A DNA stretch of 18,489 bases. Origin: Candidatus Scalinduaceae bacterium. Its GTDB lineage: Bacteria; Planctomycetota; Brocadiia; Brocadiales; Scalinduaceae. The DNA lies in the NCBI GenBank assembly GCA_046759445.1, contig JBHICG010000068.1:1-18489 (forward strand), in the 5' to 3' direction. The translations under genes were made by a program, and so were the position numbers. Of this stretch, positions 17,818-18,489 are shown in pieces; position 1 is the first letter of the stretch, and each line of letters begins with the position of its first letter. The notes under the pieces were generated by a model. The model did not search any database and was not told the DNA's origin. It worked only from the letters and a program-made list of their open reading frames with translations.

Positions 17818-17923
17818 GTTCCTGACTTTCATCATTGCCTGTCCTGAACTTGATTCAGGGACATGTTTTTCATAATTTATTTATGATGCCACAGAATGGC
17901 ATAGATGTTTAATAAGAAACAAA

Positions 17924-18489
17924 ATGGACAGAATTGATGAATTTTTAAAGTCTCTTTTAAATAAATCAAAAGAAGATAGGGATTTCTCGCAGGAGAAGGG
18001 GCACACTTGCCCTTCTGAAGAAATCATTGCCTGCTATCTTGACAACTTACTTAATGATACTGAAAGAGAAAAAGTTGAAGAGCACCTTGCAAAATGTGAG
18101 GATTGTCTCCAACAGACCATAATGCTCCACAGTTTAAGGAAAGAAACAAAAGAGAATGGGTACATAGAGACACCAGCAGAAGTAATTGAGCGGGCAAAAG
18201 AAATAGTTCCGGAAAGTTCTGTAAAGAGTTTAATTGAGATTGCCCTTGAATTTGCCAGTAATACTATAAGAGCTAAAAAGGGTTTCCGATTAGTACCATA
18301 TGGAGCCATTGCGCTAATTGCATTGTTGTCAATCGGTGTTTACGGCATAATGTATACTAAAATTCCAACAGTACCTCGTGATTATGACACGTCCAAAACA
18401 CGAGGTACCACCCCAGCACAACTTGATGAACTACTTAAACAATCAGAATTAGAACCACTTGCCCTCTCTATAAACATTATAGGCCAGAG
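17924..18489 (+). CDS. Zinc-finger (zf-HC2/ZAS) membrane-anchored anti-sigma factor, partial (runs off window end)
   Basis: Not in the ORF track. Manual translation from ATG 17924 gives MDRIDEF...CPSEEIIACYLD...VEEHLAKCEDC (HxxxCxxC), a TM segment YGAIALIALLSIGVYGIMY, then SKTRG. The frame is open to the end. Confidence 0.88.
   Translation, partial: MDRIDEFLKSLLNKSKEDRDFSQEKGHTCPSEEIIACYLDNLLNDTEREKVEEHLAKCEDCLQQTIMLHSLRKETKENGYIETPAEVIERAKEIVPESSVKSLIEIALEFASNTIRAKKGFRLVPYGAIALIALLSIGVYGIMYTKIPTVPRDYDTSKTRGTTPAQLDELLKQSELEPLALSINIIGQ

Noticed and set aside
18034..18309. 91-aa minus-strand ORF
   Set aside because: Antisense to the anti-sigma factor gene, which has clear motifs.
1..18489. 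CRISPR array associated with the Cas4-like gene
   Set aside because: No regularly spaced direct repeats with unique spacers and no other cas genes were seen.

Overview
AT-rich bacterial window. The gene set and repeats suggest an anammox planctomycete (Brocadiales/Scalindua-like), but that is inference only. The main feature is a tightly coupled five-gene + strand operon (882-6080): XRE-type HTH regulator, Cas4/AddB-like Fe-S PD-(D/E)XK nuclease, full-length prokaryotic Argonaute with an apparently intact DEDD tetrad and a non-canonical MID pocket, a 150-aa unknown helical protein, and a 373-aa HEXXH zinc-metallopeptidase-like protein. It is preceded by a near-consensus sigma70 promoter whose -35 box lies inside a perfect 7-bp inverted repeat. 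The rest is mostly housekeeping and redox genes: atypical LuxR regulator, endonuclease V, four-helix-bundle protein, two TIGR04076-like proteins, porin, TPR-TlpA redoxin, ferredoxin-thioredoxin reductase catalytic subunit, DinG/YoaA helicase, DUF5647-like protein, ECF sigma factor and a partial zinc-finger anti-sigma factor. There are also dispersed palindromic repeats (some apparently inserted in-frame in dinG) and a diverged duplicate of the dinG 3' end. All family calls come from motif recognition by eye; no searches were run.
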